DNA of 64,000 nucleotides, taken from Lingula anatina. Its lineage: Eukaryota > Animalia > Brachiopoda. A program made the translations under genes and the position numbers. The stretch lies in contig CM120640.1 in NCBI GenBank assembly GCA_051362555.1, positions 57,514,788 to 57,578,787 on the forward strand, given 5' to 3'. Positions 61,376 to 64,000 of this stretch are shown one piece after another. The notes beneath the pieces are model-generated. The model did not search any database. It saw nothing but the letters and a program-made list of their open reading frames with translations, and had not been told where the DNA came from. Each line of letters starts with the position of its first letter. Position 1 is the stretch's first letter.

Positions 61376-61693
61376 TGAACATCGTTTTATTTAACCAATC
61401 AAACAGCAATTATGTAACTTATTTATTGGTCGAGTTAGCAGCAAATGGTACAAGATTTATTGAGTATTAAAAGCAAGTCACTAATTCGCAATATACAGGT
61501 CAATTAAAAAAAATTAAAAAAATTTATTAAAAGTAAGCGAGCGGAAGATTGATTTCCAAGTAGAACTATACAAACATCAGTTTAGCAACTAAAAACAATA
61601 ATTATTGGATTTATCTGTTCTTACACAAAAAACATAAATGCACTAAATTTTAAAGAAAAGTTTGACCTTCGTTACTGCCGCTCGCAGCACCAT
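60261..61693 (-). CDS. PTTH/trunk-family secreted cystine-knot protein (~190 aa); exons 61693-61667, 60806-60261
   Basis: A phase-0 GT-AG splice yields signal peptide MVLRAAVTKGVATAMVLFSLSSYVSA-AP. Basic sites RR and RQVR follow, then APCEC...DLGQGFDPRFIRDVLC...C...C...TVTVLKR...W...VTTHCDC. Confidence 0.85.
61317..61373. repeat. (TA)n microsatellite
   Basis: Directly visible; lies in the intron of the PTTH-like gene. Confidence 0.95.
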
Positions 61694-63153
61694 CTCACAT
61701 TTCCCAACCGATCTATCTTATTTTTTTACTTCAGTAGAAGCGAGTATGATATCTAACCTCACAGAAAATGTCTAGAATGTTTATTTTAAGTAACTGAATA
61801 AATATCTTGCGTCTACTTTCTCTGTGTCGCCGCTGTGTCAGGTTTTTAAAAAATTGAAAAAAAAACTAGGTTACGTCTTTTGGTGGAGGTAATCATTTAT
61901 TACTGTTTGGTGTATTTGCAATATTTTAGCCATTATTGTAATATTTTAGTCATCTATTCAGTTACACCCATGATTATCTTGACGATATGGTGACAGGGAA
62001 TAGTTAAATGTTTTACACAAAACACGGCATTACTGTATTCTCTTAGAAAGTAATTTCCAAAACCTTCTTTACCAGGCATTGTGAAAAAATATAATTGATT
62101 GTTCAGGACAAAATGTGTCAGTAAAATAAGCGTGTATTTTGTAAAACCCCTCTAGCAAAGTCTAATTTTTGTAAGTATTAATAAAGTGCAAATATTATCC
62201 ATTACAAATATTATGGTTGTTGACAACTTTCGTTACAAAAGCAGCTGAAACCTTCGTTACTAAATACAAAAATTTCCCCATACTAGCAAAGCATGAATTA
62301 AAAAAAATTCCATGAATTACATAAAAAAGCTACATTTATCTCTTTCTGTCACCAGAGATTTAGAAAAAATAGAATTCGCGTTTATATCTTTAACTTCATT
62401 TTCACTTTTCTGTTTTCTTCATATGGACCTATATATTGAATATGAGTTAAAAGACTTGTTGTGGATGTTACAGTTACAGTTAATGTCGAAGGGTATAATC
62501 TGACTATGAAATTATTACACAATCTGATCTACGTGTTCATTCATTTCCGCAAAAAAGAAAAAAAGTCTCAAAATACCAATCGATCGAGTACAAGTGCAAC
62601 AAATGACACATATAAAATGAAAATTATCACTTTATGTTGACTATTTGACTATTGACGTCATTAATCATGATCACCAGTTCGTTATAACCATTGATAAATG
62701 GTCTATTGTTAACTCATTTTTCATTTAATATTTTGCTATATACATACATATATATATATATCCTTTTTTCTGCATTCATTCAATTGATGGCATTTACTTT
62801 CTTTGAGGGGGGTTCAACTCATGCGATTGAATCGCTGATTGATTATATATGGGTTGTCTTATGACATGTTTTAAACCAAACCAAGTCTCCGCATGTCCAA
62901 TAGCTACCGACTGCTCCTTTATCATAATCCTTTTGCAGGACAAACCCATCAAATCGACCAAAATATATCTTGTGCTCAAAATTCTTTAACAAAGACAAAG
63001 TATAAAATAACATGCTATTTAGAGAAAAATCATTAAAATTGTTGAGTGCGGCCACTACAAGACTTTACATTAATCAATGTAAAAAGGGTATAATTGACTT
63101 GCTTTAAAATGTTTGATAGTAATACCAACTATATCTTTTTTAACCAAACTTAC

Positions 63154-63273
63154 CTTCCACATATGTGATGGACTGTGTGAAAACCCCATGTCGTCCAGCG
63201 ACAAAATTTGCAAAATACTATCATCAAACTCTCTGCCTCTCACTGATATACTCATGCCATCGTGACATTTATA
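63154..63273 (-). promoter_or_regulatory. TATA box, initiator and non-coding first exon, candidate promoter of the PTTH-like gene
   Basis: On the - strand TATAAA begins at 63273 and TCAGT has its A at 63244 (29 nt spacing). A consensus donor AAG|GTAAGT follows at 63154/63153. Confidence 0.55.
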
Positions 63274-64000
63274 AATACATGTACATATCCGCCATCATCA
63301 CGAAATAAATGTTTTCTTTTGCCGCATGAACTGCGCATGTCTTAACTTTCCGTCACCTACGAGATTGTCAAGTTGGTGATTAGCAACTTTATCCATTTAT
63401 TTGCATCGATAATTGTTACAAGCCTGCTAACCACATAGTTCTGTTACAAACAGATAAATGGATGGCCCATTTTATCATATGGATACAGGCAGTGAAAAGA
63501 AAGAGAAGCACTTATGATGCAGACAGATAGGAGCCCAATATTTTTAAATTAACGAACGCAAATACAAGACCGTGTTTGAAAAAAAAAATTACATTCCAGT
63601 ATGTTTACAGCAATTCTCTGGAAATCTACATTGATATTGACATATTCAAATATTGTTAGGGAATGGCTTGTTCAATTTTTGTGGTTAGTAAACGCTTTAT
63701 TTTTACACGTCTCACTGGATATGGTATTTGTAATTGAGATGGAGATAATGGTCTATTAACTCTCTGATGTATGTGGATGAGGAATTGCGTGTGAATGTAT
63801 GATTATTTGGAAGGTGAGACTGATTAATGGGTTTGCTGCAGATTGGTTATACGAGTCATTGCATGTGGAAGCACATAGAGAAATTCATTATTTCATAAAA
63901 TTGATACTTATACGTATTAATATCATTAGATATCATTAGAAATGATATCAACAGAGGAGAAAGGAACATGTTAAATTATTTTCCAAATGTCAAAAGATGT

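Overview
AT-rich, intron-containing animal DNA, most likely a marine invertebrate (a lophotrochozoan is my guess; the taxon is not proven by the sequence). The first ~22 kb is repeat-rich with no confident host gene. It holds a 5'-truncated but nearly intact LINE (ORF1 tail, APE-RT ORF2, (ATCT)n tail), several MITE families, a ~0.5-kb tandem duplication and a 135-bp palindromic element with an 8-bp TSD. The rest carries six spliced genes reconstructed by hand plus one tRNA: KLF9/13 (-), tRNA-Asp(GTC) (+), a compact FAM184-family gene (-), SPAG8 (-, absent from the ORF track), a BTB-BACK-Kelch gene (+) head-to-head with SPAG8, and a convergent pair of secreted cystine-knot genes. One of the pair is clearly trunk and the other has a PTTH-like cysteine layout. 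The most interesting observations are the trunk/PTTH-like pair, a candidate -1 ribosomal frameshift between LINE ORF1 and ORF2, and a three-level nested transposon in a KLHL intron.
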